Shown here in pieces: positions 7,796 through 17,476 of a stretch of 52,824 bases of DNA (position 1 is its first letter; every line of letters starts with the position of its first letter). The stretch covers positions 1 to 52,824 of IMG/VR virus record IMGVR_UViG_3300003937_000084; one strand, 5' to 3'. Source of the stretch: a virus. Lineage: Duplodnaviria; Caudoviricetes. Position numbers and translations under genes: made by a program. The notes under the pieces were generated by a model. The model did not search any database. It saw nothing but the letters and a program-made list of their open reading frames with translations, and was not told the DNA's origin.

Positions 7796-9461
7796 TCTCA
7801 CCACCTTTAGGCATCTCTGGTGCCTCGGTTGATGATCCATCAATGTCTGGTTCCATTTGAGGTTTTCCCAAATCATTACCTACAGCATCGTCAGGTGCAA
7901 AAGGTAATCCAGTTGAAGGATCAATTGTTGCAGGATCAGGAATTATACCATCTTTAATTTCCTTATCAATAAGTTTATCTTGCTCAATAATATCCATATC
8001 AGTTTGACGTAAAATCTTACGTCTTACATAATCTTGAGAGTAATACTTGCCAACATATGGTTCTGCAGTTGCAACAAGAGCAAGTCTCTCGTTCATTAAT
8101 TCTGCTTCTTTCAGTTCAGAGAAGTGGTTATCATAGAGGAAGTCATACTGAATATGCTCACTCATTGACTCCCAATCTTCAGGAGTAATTATATTTTTCA
8201 AGAGCAATTGAGTCTTCAGCATGTCATTAAACATGTTAGAAAATCTCTTTCTCAAACGACCAACAAACTTGGTAAATTTGAGTTCATCTCTTAAGATCTC
8301 AGAAGATCTCCCCAAGTTAAACCCACCTTCTCCATCCATTCTCGATGGAGGGACGTTAAGCGAACGGTAGAGTTTCTTTTTAAAATACTCAATATCAGTG
8401 ATTTCACCCAAGTTTTGTCCGCCAGGGAGAGTGGTAATTTCAGTTCCTCTTCCACCCTCACGCCTGGGAAGCCAGAAGTCCTCAAGCATTGCCATGTACT
8501 TTTTGTCATCACGGATTTCTCCTGTATCAGCATTGTATACTAATTTGTTGCGATAGCGCATCATAACATCACGAAGATATTGTTCTGCCTTTTGTTTGGG
8601 AAGATTACCAACATCAATGTAGAAAATTCTACGTTCAGGTGCTCTTGACAAACGATAGATGACAAGAGAGTCCTCAATCATTCTTAACTGATTAAGTGAC
8701 TTGATTGCTTTATGAAGATATGAAAGAGTTGACCCTTTGTTACGGTCTACGAGACCAGATGTGCAATATGTAATTGAATCTTTTGCAATCTTAATTCCAC
8801 CGCTTCCACTTGATGATGATGGATTACTAATTGGATATTGTGATTTTGGATTGTAAATGAAGTATTCTTCAATCTCTGGGAAATTATAATCCATAGGATT
8901 ATTACTTCTAAGAGTTACTAATTGATTATTTCTACCATCGTTTGGTTTTTTCTTTTCTTGTCTGATATAACGCATTTTCATTGCGTCAATATAACGCAAC
9001 TCCTGAATACCAGCGGTTGGATCTTTCAGGTCAATAATTTTGTGATAGTAAATACGACCATCAATATACCAGTTACGATATATTTCGTGTGCCTTCTTAT
9101 CAAAATCTAACAGGTCAAGAATATATTTAAACTCTTTACGGATTATATTTTTAATGCCATCACTGGCACTGAGGTTTGATAACTCAATTTCTACAGGACT
9201 ATCATTACTATCAGAAACAATTGCTTCATTTACAATATCTTCAATGGCACTATCACATTCAGGGTGAAGTGACATCTCACGATATCTTTTAATTAGATCA
9301 AATTCAGTCCTGAATACACCTTCAATATCTACATAAGAACCAAAAAAACCACTACTCGCATAGTGGTCAGCCCCGTCCTCATTGTTAGGAGGAACGGGGG
9401 AGACCGCTGAAGGAGATAGTGGTTCTGTGTCCTCAATAGAGAACCCAAATAACTTGGACAT
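7791..9461 (-). CDS. gp20: Portal vertex protein gp20
   Basis: YLHKAIKSLNQLRMIEDSLVIYRLSRAPERRIFYIDVGNLPK, EDFWLPRREGGRGTEITTLPGG, RDELKF. Confidence 0.99.
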   Translation of the reverse strand: MSKLFGFSIEDTEPLSPSAVSPVPPNNEDGADHYASSGFFGSYVDIEGVFRTEFDLIKRYREMSLHPECDSAIEDIVNEAIVSDSNDSPVEIELSNLSASDGIKNIIRKEFKYILDLLDFDKKAHEIYRNWYIDGRIYYHKIIDLKDPTAGIQELRYIDAMKMRYIRQEKKKPNDGRNNQLVTLRSNNPMDYNFPEIEEYFIYNPKSQYPISNPSSSSGSGGIKIAKDSITYCTSGLVDRNKGSTLSYLHKAIKSLNQLRMIEDSLVIYRLSRAPERRIFYIDVGNLPKQKAEQYLRDVMMRYRNKLVYNADTGEIRDDKKYMAMLEDFWLPRREGGRGTEITTLPGGQNLGEITDIEYFKKKLYRSLNVPPSRMDGEGGFNLGRSSEILRDELKFTKFVGRLRKRFSNMFNDMLKTQLLLKNIITPEDWESMSEHIQYDFLYDNHFSELKEAELMNERLALVATAEPYVGKYYSQDYVRRKILRQTDMDIIEQDKLIDKEIKDGIIPDPATIDPSTGLPFAPDDAVGNDLGKPQMEPDIDGSSTEAPEMPKGGEI

Positions 9462-9488
9462 GATTTATGTTTTAAACTTTCCTGTGAC

Positions 9489-9496
9489 TATTTATT
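9489..9496 (-). promoter_or_regulatory. T4-type late promoter upstream of gp20
   Basis: AATAAATA on minus strand overlapping the gp19 stop. Confidence 0.55.
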
Positions 9497-10127
9497 AGCC
9501 ATTAACTGGAGGTGCTGCGGAAGCACTAACTCCAGGTGCCAGGATATTTATAGATTGAACTTGGAATTCTACGGTGAATTCTTCAATCGTATCTGAACTA
9601 TCATATGAAACATCAATTTGTGAAACGTTTGTTGGGAAAATATCAACAAACTCATACTGTGCAAGAACGGAATTTGCAGTGCCGTCATTGTTCTTGCTTG
9701 ATGCAGTAGAACCACGACCCAGTTGATAAACAACTGCATTAGTCATATAAGAACCTGGACTCGTAGCTCCAAGGTTATTATCCAACTTAGCAATTTGCTC
9801 TGTCCACTCTTCCATCGCTCTTCTTAAGTTGAACGATTCGTCATTAATAATCGTGACTGTCCAGGTATCAATAGTTCTATCACCAGCAACTTTAAAGGTT
9901 CTACCTCTAAAGGGAACATCGATTGCAGCAATATTCTGTGCAGGCAGTGCTGCTGCCTTACACATAAATTTAAAATCATCTGCTGCCCATGTTCCAGTAA
10001 ATGCTTCTGGAAGTGTTGCCAACTCAACCTCAAATAGATTGGGGCGGGCCCCGCCGCCAATCAGTTTAGATTTAAAGGTAGAGATTGATGTATTGGGTCT
10101 AGTACCCGTTCTCTTGTTGTCTGCCAT
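9495..10127 (-). CDS. gp19: Tail tube protein gp19
   Basis: GGARPNLFEV, CKAAALP, VPFRGR..KVAGDRT..WTVT..ND, FPT.VS.ID.SYD...IEEFTVEF. Confidence 0.96.
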   Translation of the reverse strand: MADNKRTGTRPNTSISTFKSKLIGGGARPNLFEVELATLPEAFTGTWAADDFKFMCKAAALPAQNIAAIDVPFRGRTFKVAGDRTIDTWTVTIINDESFNLRRAMEEWTEQIAKLDNNLGATSPGSYMTNAVVYQLGRGSTASSKNNDGTANSVLAQYEFVDIFPTNVSQIDVSYDSSDTIEEFTVEFQVQSINILAPGVSASAAPPVNG

Positions 10128-10162
10128 TAGTGTATCCTCCTAGTGTTATTTAGATAATGTTA

Positions 10163-12406
10163 TTAAACTCTACCAGCTACTTCTTCAAAACTGACCCCTG
10201 TACGGGTAGCAACGAAGGAGAGTGTGATGAAGTTAATAGACTTCGCTGGTTTCAGGAAGATATCTGCCCTGAACTCATTGTTATCAATAACATCAGGTGT
10301 GTTGTTTGATGTATCACAAACAACCAGGAATCCAAAGAGACCTCTCTTTGCCTGAACATCGCGGAGATAAGGTTCGACAATGTTTCTGAAGTTTGCTCTC
10401 GTCAACTCATCGTTGAGTTCAAAGAGTTGTGCTTCTGCTGCTCTTTCAAGTGCTTGCTCAACTGTTAGGAACAGGCGGCGAACATTGATTCTGTCGAATG
10501 CAGATGAATAAGACAGTGCAGTCTTATCACCAAAGAGGAGAGTTCCAATACCTGGTTTGGTTACCAGAGAATTAATTCTCAGAGGATACAGTTTGTCTCT
10601 CTGTGCTTTGGTTGGATTGTATGCAAGTTTAATTGCATTGTTGATGATTCCACGTTGCTCACCTGCGGGCGAGAACCATGGATATGCCTCAAGCGCAGTT
10701 CTTGCCATCAGTCCAGCAACGTCAGCGTTGGTTGGAATATAGCGGAACTTGTTGTTGAAGCGATCATAAGTGAACTTATAACCAGTATCAAATGTTGCAT
10801 AAGAAGAAGAATTCAGAACGGAATAGTACTGAATCAGGTTATTAGTCTGAGTTGCGGTATTAGTTACATTAACTAAGTTTGCTCTATGTGGTCCAATAAC
10901 GGCCATACAATCTTTTCTTCCTTCTGCAAGAGAGATTAGATAGTTTGCTTTTGCTTGTGATTCTTGCTCATTGGTCATACCAGGACCCATGATCAAATAG
11001 TCAACTTCAATCTCATCTTTATTCTCAAAGAGTTGATATGAATTTTGCAAGTTGCCCAGTGAGGTGGACATACCACCATTATCTCCTGTAGCAGGAATTC
11101 CACCAGAGTAATCCGTACCACCACCAAGGGTGTAAGATACGTTACCGAGAGCACTAAACGTTATATCTTGTGCATTTTGTCCCCAAAGACCACCACCTGT
11201 GCTTACAGGAGTGAAGGATGCTGCCTTAGTTCCAGAAACAGAGGTAAAACCAACTGCTCTAGGTGTAGTATTATGGAAAGCATCGTATGCGTTAGAAGGA
11301 TTGCCAGCAGCAAACAGATTTGGTGAGAAATCTGCCAGATAATCTTGATAATAGACTTTCTGTGGTGCATTTACGTTAGAAATTGCATCAATTGCTTTAG
11401 AAAGACTAACGTGCTTCTCAAGGATGTTACCCTGAATTCCACTGATTGTTCCCTCGTCATCAACAACTACAACGTGAATCGCATCACCATAACCATTTCT
11501 AGAACTAGAATAGTTGTTAGCAATTGGTTTTGGTGCCAGTGACTTCCAGAATACTGTACTGTTAGTCAGGCTTAGTGTTTGTTGATCATACCAGTCAGTA
11601 ACAGTGCTTGCCGTTACATTGTATCCAAGACCAGTACTGTTAATACCAGAGGAATTGACAAAGTGCAGTGCTTGTCCTGCAGCAAATGAAGCTCCAGTAT
11701 TTGCTTCTGCGTAGTTAATTCTAGTTTCGGTTGCACCACCACCAACAGTTTCTACACGAGAAAGAACCTTAACATCTAATGTACTTGCTCCACCATTAGC
11801 ATCAGTGTTAATGCCGGTGATAATACCTTTTAAGTATCCTACAAAAGCAGTAGTTTGTCCAAGTCCAGCAATTGTAGTGCTGATTGGACCGGTAACACCG
11901 AAACCAATAGTAGCACCTGATAAATCTGGTGCAGTGGTTGCAACACCAACTCTTTGGTCTGCAAGGTTATCAATCGTGCAAACTTTTAAACCATTTGCCC
12001 AAGAACCTGGGTTCTTTGCAGCATAGTTGTAATTTGTTGCTTCGTCGTAGTTGTTAATATAATCGTCGTAGTTTTTAATCTTAAGAGTTGTAGTGCTGCC
12101 AATTCCAACACCAGCATTTGCATTCTTAAGGTTAGCACCATCCGTTCTAACTACCTTCAGAACTCCACCATACGAGAGATAAGATGAAGCACTCATCCAA
12201 TACTCATATTGCGAATCCGTTGGAAGTGGCTTACCGAAAACTCCGATAAGGTCTTGTTCAGTAGTTACATCAATAGGATCGTCTACAGGTCCAATTGGGA
12301 AGGGTCCGGCAATAGCACCAATGTTATCCAGTACATTACTAGCTCTCCCTACTGTTAAGTCAACCTCCCTGACTAATACACCGGGAGATAGTTGAGGAGT
12401 CGCCAT
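10163..12406 (-). CDS. gp18: Tail sheath protein gp18
   Basis: LSPGVLVREVDLT N-terminus, AKNPGSWAN, PWFSPAG..RG, LFGDKTA, SAFDRINVRRLF, KPAKSINFITL.FVATRTG. Confidence 0.98.
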   Translation of the reverse strand: MATPQLSPGVLVREVDLTVGRASNVLDNIGAIAGPFPIGPVDDPIDVTTEQDLIGVFGKPLPTDSQYEYWMSASSYLSYGGVLKVVRTDGANLKNANAGVGIGSTTTLKIKNYDDYINNYDEATNYNYAAKNPGSWANGLKVCTIDNLADQRVGVATTAPDLSGATIGFGVTGPISTTIAGLGQTTAFVGYLKGIITGINTDANGGASTLDVKVLSRVETVGGGATETRINYAEANTGASFAAGQALHFVNSSGINSTGLGYNVTASTVTDWYDQQTLSLTNSTVFWKSLAPKPIANNYSSSRNGYGDAIHVVVVDDEGTISGIQGNILEKHVSLSKAIDAISNVNAPQKVYYQDYLADFSPNLFAAGNPSNAYDAFHNTTPRAVGFTSVSGTKAASFTPVSTGGGLWGQNAQDITFSALGNVSYTLGGGTDYSGGIPATGDNGGMSTSLGNLQNSYQLFENKDEIEVDYLIMGPGMTNEQESQAKANYLISLAEGRKDCMAVIGPHRANLVNVTNTATQTNNLIQYYSVLNSSSYATFDTGYKFTYDRFNNKFRYIPTNADVAGLMARTALEAYPWFSPAGEQRGIINNAIKLAYNPTKAQRDKLYPLRINSLVTKPGIGTLLFGDKTALSYSSAFDRINVRRLFLTVEQALERAAEAQLFELNDELTRANFRNIVEPYLRDVQAKRGLFGFLVVCDTSNNTPDVIDNNEFRADIFLKPAKSINFITLSFVATRTGVSFEEVAGRV

Positions 12407-12442
12407 GTTTTGATTCTCCGTTAATCTCAGTTTGTCTAAGAA

Positions 12443-12450
12443 TATTTATT
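12443..12450 (-). promoter_or_regulatory. T4-type late promoter upstream of gp18
   Basis: AATAAATA on minus strand about 37 nt before the gp18 ATG. Confidence 0.6.
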
Positions 12451-12486
12451 AAAAAAAGTGTTTTCACAGGGGAATCACGACGTGAA

Positions 12487-12699
12487 CTACCAATCTGGAT
12501 ATTCCCATTTACCAGAAACTTTTTTTACTCTTTTTTTACAGCATTCTTTGCATTCGTATGAATATGATGAAGCAACTGCACCTCTATCTTTTCTTGTTCG
12601 ATAAAACCCATCAACTAAATTTTTAATTTTTCCACATGTTCTACATTTTCTATCCTGTAAAAGAAGGTGTCCTAGTTTAATTTGGCCGTCTAGATCCAT
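12487..12699 (-). CDS. Small CxxC...CxxC zinc-finger protein
   Basis: RKCRTCG..K...FY...YECKECC; 70 aa, basic; overlaps the purM 3' end. Confidence 0.7.
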   Translation of the reverse strand: MDLDGQIKLGHLLLQDRKCRTCGKIKNLVDGFYRTRKDRGAVASSYSYECKECCKKRVKKVSGKWEYPDW

Positions 12700-13627
12700 T
12701 ATTTACTTCTCCAATAATCCATGATCTCATACCAAATGGGGTATCAGCAATCAAAGTTTGAGTTTGTTCTGCTACTTCTTGCGGTACAACCAAACAGAAT
12801 CCAATGCCAAGATTGAATACATTACGCATCTCTTTCTCAGTAATGTTACCTGCTTCCTGGATTTTGTTGAAGAGTTCTGGTCTCTCCCAAGCAGAATAGT
12901 CAACGCCAACTGTGAGACCCATTGGAAGGCATCGTGGGAGGTTCTCAGGCAGTCCTCCACCTGTGATGTGTGCCATGCCTAAGATAGGAACTTCATCCAA
13001 CAGGTATTGAATAAGACGAGCATAGATGGTGGTAGGTCTCAGCAACTCTGGCATCTCTTTATAGTAGATGTAATTTCTCCACAGCATATCATTGATCAGT
13101 GTGTATCCATTACTATGAATACCATTGCTCTCAATACCAATAACTACATCGCCAGGTCGAATGTTACTACCATCAACAATGTCATTCTTCTCTACAATAC
13201 CAGTACAGAAACCAGCAAGGTCATAGTCAGTTGCTCTATAATGTTCGGCAGTTTCTCCACCTAACAATTCCATTCCTGCCATTGTACATCCAACATTGAT
13301 GCCATACACAATGTCACTCACATTAGCATCTAATGTTTTGGCAGAGACATAATCTAGAAAATATAATGGTTTAGCGCCAGAACATATAACGTCATTGACG
13401 CACATAGCAACGAGATCCTGACCAATAGTGGAGTAATCACCAGCAATCCTACAGATGTTAATTTTAGTTCCGACACCATCGGCACCAGATATTAATACAG
13501 GTTTCTCATATCCTGATGGGATCTCCATCATTCCACTGAACCCACCAATACTAGGTGCCAATACTTTTAGATACTCTACAAAGGAACGTCCTTTGATAAT
13601 ATCAACGCCAGAAGTTTTGTAGTCCAT
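12677..13627 (-). CDS. purM: Phosphoribosylaminoimidazole (AIR) synthetase, auxiliary metabolic gene
   Basis: YK.SGVDI, DGVGTK, GQDLVAMCVNDV..GA.PL.FLDY, GGETAE, G.HSNGY, HITGGGL.ENLPR, VFNLGIG motifs. Confidence 0.96.
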   Translation of the reverse strand: MDYKTSGVDIIKGRSFVEYLKVLAPSIGGFSGMMEIPSGYEKPVLISGADGVGTKINICRIAGDYSTIGQDLVAMCVNDVICSGAKPLYFLDYVSAKTLDANVSDIVYGINVGCTMAGMELLGGETAEHYRATDYDLAGFCTGIVEKNDIVDGSNIRPGDVVIGIESNGIHSNGYTLINDMLWRNYIYYKEMPELLRPTTIYARLIQYLLDEVPILGMAHITGGGLPENLPRCLPMGLTVGVDYSAWERPELFNKIQEAGNITEKEMRNVFNLGIGFCLVVPQEVAEQTQTLIADTPFGMRSWIIGEVNNGSRRPN

Positions 13628-13797
13628 TAGTCTCTTCCTAAACGAATGTATAATGTAATGAGTGATTGTGAGATTAAATCACAAGAATATGTGAATCCAA
13701 TTTGGTCTTCCTTATCCCAGTGTTCCCTTTGACTTCTAAGAAGTGCAGAAAACTCTTTGATCTTAGATCTCATCTCTTCTTTAGATAACTTATCCAA
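13627..13797 (-). CDS. Hypothetical protein (about 56 aa)
   Basis: ORF track 13627..13824; more plausible TTG start at 13797 preceded by GGAG; stop overlaps the purM ATG. Confidence 0.6.
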   Translation of the reverse strand: MDKLSKEEMRSKIKEFSALLRSQREHWDKEDQIGFTYSCDLISQSLITLYIRLGRD

Positions 13798-14062
13798 TGA
13801 TTTCTCCCTTAATAATACCGTCAAGGCGTTTTAGTTTCCATACAATGTACTCCATGGTGGGCACACACTGAGGATTCCATCCAGCAAAAGTAGAGTGTTC
13901 TCCACTTGGAATCTGCCAACAGGAAGCATCATCGTTGTCAAGGTCTAATGATTCTCTATAAGCATCATCACCAAGTAGAACACATGCTCTCTCTGCTTGA
14001 TTCAAACTACCGAAGCAAGCAAATCCATTCTTCTTAATCTCCTCAGGAATTTCATGTTTCAT
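13790..14062 (-). CDS. Hypothetical protein (90 aa)
   Basis: Starts immediately after the gp17 stop; tightly packed with the next ORF. Confidence 0.7.
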   Translation of the reverse strand: MKHEIPEEIKKNGFACFGSLNQAERACVLLGDDAYRESLDLDNDDASCWQIPSGEHSTFAGWNPQCVPTMEYIVWKLKRLDGIIKGEIIG

Positions 14063-15718
14063 TTATCTATACTCCCACATATAAGATCTATCACCATACT
14101 CATCCGTAGCCGCATTAAACCATCTATCACCATCACCATCAACAAAACTACTATCGTCTAAACCATCACTCATAAACCCAAATGGTGCCATGTCTTGTTC
14201 AATTTGATTTTTTTGCTCTTCATATAATCTTTTTCTAACATCCTGATCGGTTAATTCTTTAAAGTAATCTTGTGCCACCAACCATGCATATATGACTAAA
14301 CACATTGCTAAGTCATCATTACAACCTTCTTCAGCCTCAAATGAATTATGCTTTGATATGAATGTAGTTAATTCGGAGATAATCTCATAATCATTAAAAA
14401 TAACTTTATCACTCTCAATCATTGCCTTTAGATTGAGTGATCCAACTTTTTTAACAGTCTTACTCATCTTGACACCAAGTTGAGTTTTCTTTCCAGAAAA
14501 TCCTTGACCAACAATTTGACCTGCTCTACCTCTCATTGAACACATCAATAGGTTTTGATATTCTAGATCATACTGTATAATACTTGCAACCTGATCACCA
14601 ATATCATTTACCTCACATAATATAAAAGCACTGTTATAGTTTTTACATACATCATAAATGATGTTTGGGAAAAGCATTGGTTTGATATCGTTATTCCTAT
14701 ACTTTGCAACTATTTTATGAGGAAACTCTGTAATATCAACTACAACAAAAGCAGAGTAGTCTTCACCAACACCTCTTGCTACGTCAACAGTACAAACATA
14801 ATCATGGTTTTCTACTGGAAATTCGTATACATCTAATCCTGCACTCTGTTTTACCGGAGCATCATATACTAAAGTTCTTAACTTACTTGGTGCAATTAGT
14901 GTATCAACTGATCCTAAAAACTCACACTCAAACTCAACTTTAAATTGTTGTTCTGATGTGTTGGCAATAGTCTGTTCTTTCCAAACATCATCTCTGCCAG
15001 GAACTTCAGACCAATGAACATCTGTAGGAATATATTCGTTTTTACTTCTTTCCGCATCATGCCACATGCGGTAGAAGTGATTCATTCCGTGTGGAGTAGA
15101 TACAATAATTACTTTGGTGTTTTTACCAGAAGTAATAGTAGGATAAACAGATGCAAAGAACGAGTCTGCAACATGGTTTGGAACGAATGCGAACTCATCG
15201 AGGAAGAGGATATTAAACGACATGCCTCGGACAGCACTTGCGGAAGTTGAAGCAGCAAGAATTTTAGACCCATTTTCCAACTCCAATGAACCTCTGTTCC
15301 ATACTAACACACCCTGTTGCATCCACTTGGGTAAGTTTTCGTATGCAGTTTGTAATCTATTTAAAAGTTCTCTTGCTGTAGCTGCCTTGTTTGCTAGGAT
15401 GCCAATATTAACACTATCATTGAAGACAGCATAATGCAATAGATATGACACAACAGTGGTAGACTTACCAGTCTGTCGTGGCATCTTACAGATATTAAAT
15501 CTATTCTCATGGAAATTGTTAATTAATTTCTCTTGAAAATCATAAGGATGAAACTGAGTTAATCCTTCATCAAGAGAAACAATCTTGATATAGTTATTTG
15601 CAAAATAAACAGGATCTTCCTTACACCGCATAAATTCAAGGATTTGCTCCTGTGTGAATTCTATCGGTGTATTTGCTTTCTTTAGATTTGGATTGCCAAG
15701 GTATACATTATCAGACAT
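14063..15718 (-). CDS. gp17: Terminase large subunit gp17
   Basis: Walker A PRQTGKST, Walker B LFLDEFAF, STPHG, nuclease CTVDVARG and NDDLAM; no intein-sized insert. Confidence 0.98.
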   Translation of the reverse strand: MSDNVYLGNPNLKKANTPIEFTQEQILEFMRCKEDPVYFANNYIKIVSLDEGLTQFHPYDFQEKLINNFHENRFNICKMPRQTGKSTTVVSYLLHYAVFNDSVNIGILANKAATARELLNRLQTAYENLPKWMQQGVLVWNRGSLELENGSKILAASTSASAVRGMSFNILFLDEFAFVPNHVADSFFASVYPTITSGKNTKVIIVSTPHGMNHFYRMWHDAERSKNEYIPTDVHWSEVPGRDDVWKEQTIANTSEQQFKVEFECEFLGSVDTLIAPSKLRTLVYDAPVKQSAGLDVYEFPVENHDYVCTVDVARGVGEDYSAFVVVDITEFPHKIVAKYRNNDIKPMLFPNIIYDVCKNYNSAFILCEVNDIGDQVASIIQYDLEYQNLLMCSMRGRAGQIVGQGFSGKKTQLGVKMSKTVKKVGSLNLKAMIESDKVIFNDYEIISELTTFISKHNSFEAEEGCNDDLAMCLVIYAWLVAQDYFKELTDQDVRKRLYEEQKNQIEQDMAPFGFMSDGLDDSSFVDGDGDRWFNAATDEYGDRSYMWEYR

Positions 15719-15725
15719 AACTTAC

Positions 15726-17411
15726 TCAGCAATTCCACTTTCTAAGAGACTTATTGATTCTACTATCTGGATCGTTTGCTGTCTTTGAAGATGTTAATTT
15801 TTTCTTCATTCCTTTCATTCTAGCGCAGAAGGATGCCCTCCTGGGATTTCCAACCTTCTTGCTTGGTGCTTTAAGGTCAGATCCTGGATTTTGCGCTTCA
15901 TAAGACTTTCGTCCTTTTTCGTTGAGTCCACCTTCTTTGTTTTTTCCTGCTTTCTTTGTCCACGCTGCTGCTTCTGCGTGTAGGACTGGTTGTCCTGGTT
16001 CATAGTCGGAAACTGTGTGTGTTAATAGTTTCGCGCCAGGATATATTTTATCAATTTGATCTTGAATATCAGATCTAGTTGGTAAAGATACTTGAGGAAA
16101 GAACATCTTTAACATAATGGTCTGACTTCTAAATCTGAAGACAACGTTAACAATATTGCCAGTTCTTGCTGGCATTCTCACTGCTTCTTCAACTGGTCCA
16201 GGACATTCTTTTATGCCATGAACTGGACACTCTTCACCTTTATGATTGTGTATACAACCTTTCTTTTCATCTAAAGGAGTTTTTGATATCAGTTGAATTT
16301 CTTCTTTCTTTGTCTTCTTAACACAGTTTGGATATCTCTTTCCAAACATAGTTTTCATACCTTTCTTCTCATAACCTTTCCAGCATGCTTCATCAAGCAT
16401 ATCGCTACCAATACCTTTTGTAGCGGTTAAAGGTTCTGGTGTTATGATATCTACAGATTCATAATCTGTTGCAATGTAATTATCTCTCCAATTAGAGAAT
16501 TCTTCTTTCTTGGTGCTATTGCCCCAATTCTTTGCACCTTTTTTACGACATTTGACAAGTGCTCCTGACGCATATGCACTTGGCCAAACTTTGTAGCGTG
16601 ACTTGACTTTATGATAGCAAGCGTCTTTTTCTCCCGCTGCCTCATCAATTTCAATTTCATCACCTACTTCAACATTATTTTCTGCGAACCATCCACGATT
16701 TACTTCTAAAGCACACAGAACTTCTCCTTCGGAAGTTACTGGTATTTCGTCATACGGTTCTAATTGTTTGATGCTTTCGACTATTCCATCCTCTGTGATG
16801 AAAGCAATGTCAAGAGGAATTTTTGTTTCTTTCATATAGAAGGATTGCTGCTCAACTTCTTCAAAGATGAATAGCATTCCACTGTTAATATCCAAACTTT
16901 CACGGAACATAAGTCCCAAGTTAAAATCTCTAATATCACTAGGGATTTCTATATTGAGTGGTAGAGTTATAAATTCTTCAGTTTTCACGTTGATTGCCTT
17001 CCCTGAACGATTTGGGTTTGGATCTTTTTTGTTCTTTCTACGAAAAGCTGCTTGCTCCTCATCTTTAGAAAGATTGCGCTTCATTTTACTGGAACCACAT
17101 TTTGGTTTTGTAGTTTGTCCTGGTTGTTTAGCACAGGGTTTTCCTGCATATTTACCGCCCAATTGAACCCAACCAGGCTTCCCATCAGAAGACTTACTCT
17201 TGCCAAACCAGTCACGCAAAGAACTATCACCACTTTTCGATTCACTCACTTCTCCATTACCATTACCGTTTTTATTATCATCAACGGAATGTCCATTTTC
17301 TTTACGAAGCATTCCCTCTGGGTCTACCATAAAACCCTTAGGAATTGCTTTACATACTTTATCAGTATAGCAGTAATATTGTCCTGCTTTACATTTACCG
17401 TTCTTAGCCAT
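15726..17411 (-). CDS. Modular 561-aa protein: several small basic/Cys-paired modules, an internal DUF192-like domain and a C-terminal GGLN..GR...RRASFCARM...SLRKWNC module (DUF6321-like)
   Basis: ORF track; GLMFR..L....GMLF.F...FYMK.T.IPLDIAFI..ALEVN.GWF matches DUF192; own late promoter; family names from recall, not a search. Confidence 0.75.
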   Translation of the reverse strand: MAKNGKCKAGQYYCYTDKVCKAIPKGFMVDPEGMLRKENGHSVDDNKNGNGNGEVSESKSGDSSLRDWFGKSKSSDGKPGWVQLGGKYAGKPCAKQPGQTTKPKCGSSKMKRNLSKDEEQAAFRRKNKKDPNPNRSGKAINVKTEEFITLPLNIEIPSDIRDFNLGLMFRESLDINSGMLFIFEEVEQQSFYMKETKIPLDIAFITEDGIVESIKQLEPYDEIPVTSEGEVLCALEVNRGWFAENNVEVGDEIEIDEAAGEKDACYHKVKSRYKVWPSAYASGALVKCRKKGAKNWGNSTKKEEFSNWRDNYIATDYESVDIITPEPLTATKGIGSDMLDEACWKGYEKKGMKTMFGKRYPNCVKKTKKEEIQLISKTPLDEKKGCIHNHKGEECPVHGIKECPGPVEEAVRMPARTGNIVNVVFRFRSQTIMLKMFFPQVSLPTRSDIQDQIDKIYPGAKLLTHTVSDYEPGQPVLHAEAAAWTKKAGKNKEGGLNEKGRKSYEAQNPGSDLKAPSKKVGNPRRASFCARMKGMKKKLTSSKTANDPDSRINKSLRKWNC

Positions 17412-17438
17412 TCAACTAAAAGAGTGCCTACTCCTTGT

Positions 17439-17446
17439 TATTTATC
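17439..17446 (-). promoter_or_regulatory. T4-type late promoter
   Basis: GATAAATA on minus strand followed by AGGAG upstream of the 561-aa ORF. Confidence 0.6.
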
Positions 17447-17476
17447 ACTCCAACCTTCTTTAATTTTTTAAACGTT

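Noticed and set aside
12451-12486. Possible terminator (TTCACG...TGTGAA then T7) before gp18
   Set aside because: Stem is short with a large loop and is separated from the T run; too weak to call
14063-15718. Inteins or introns in gp17, gp20, uvsW or gp23
   Set aside because: All have ordinary lengths and continuous motifs; no splice-junction or homing-endonuclease signatures seen
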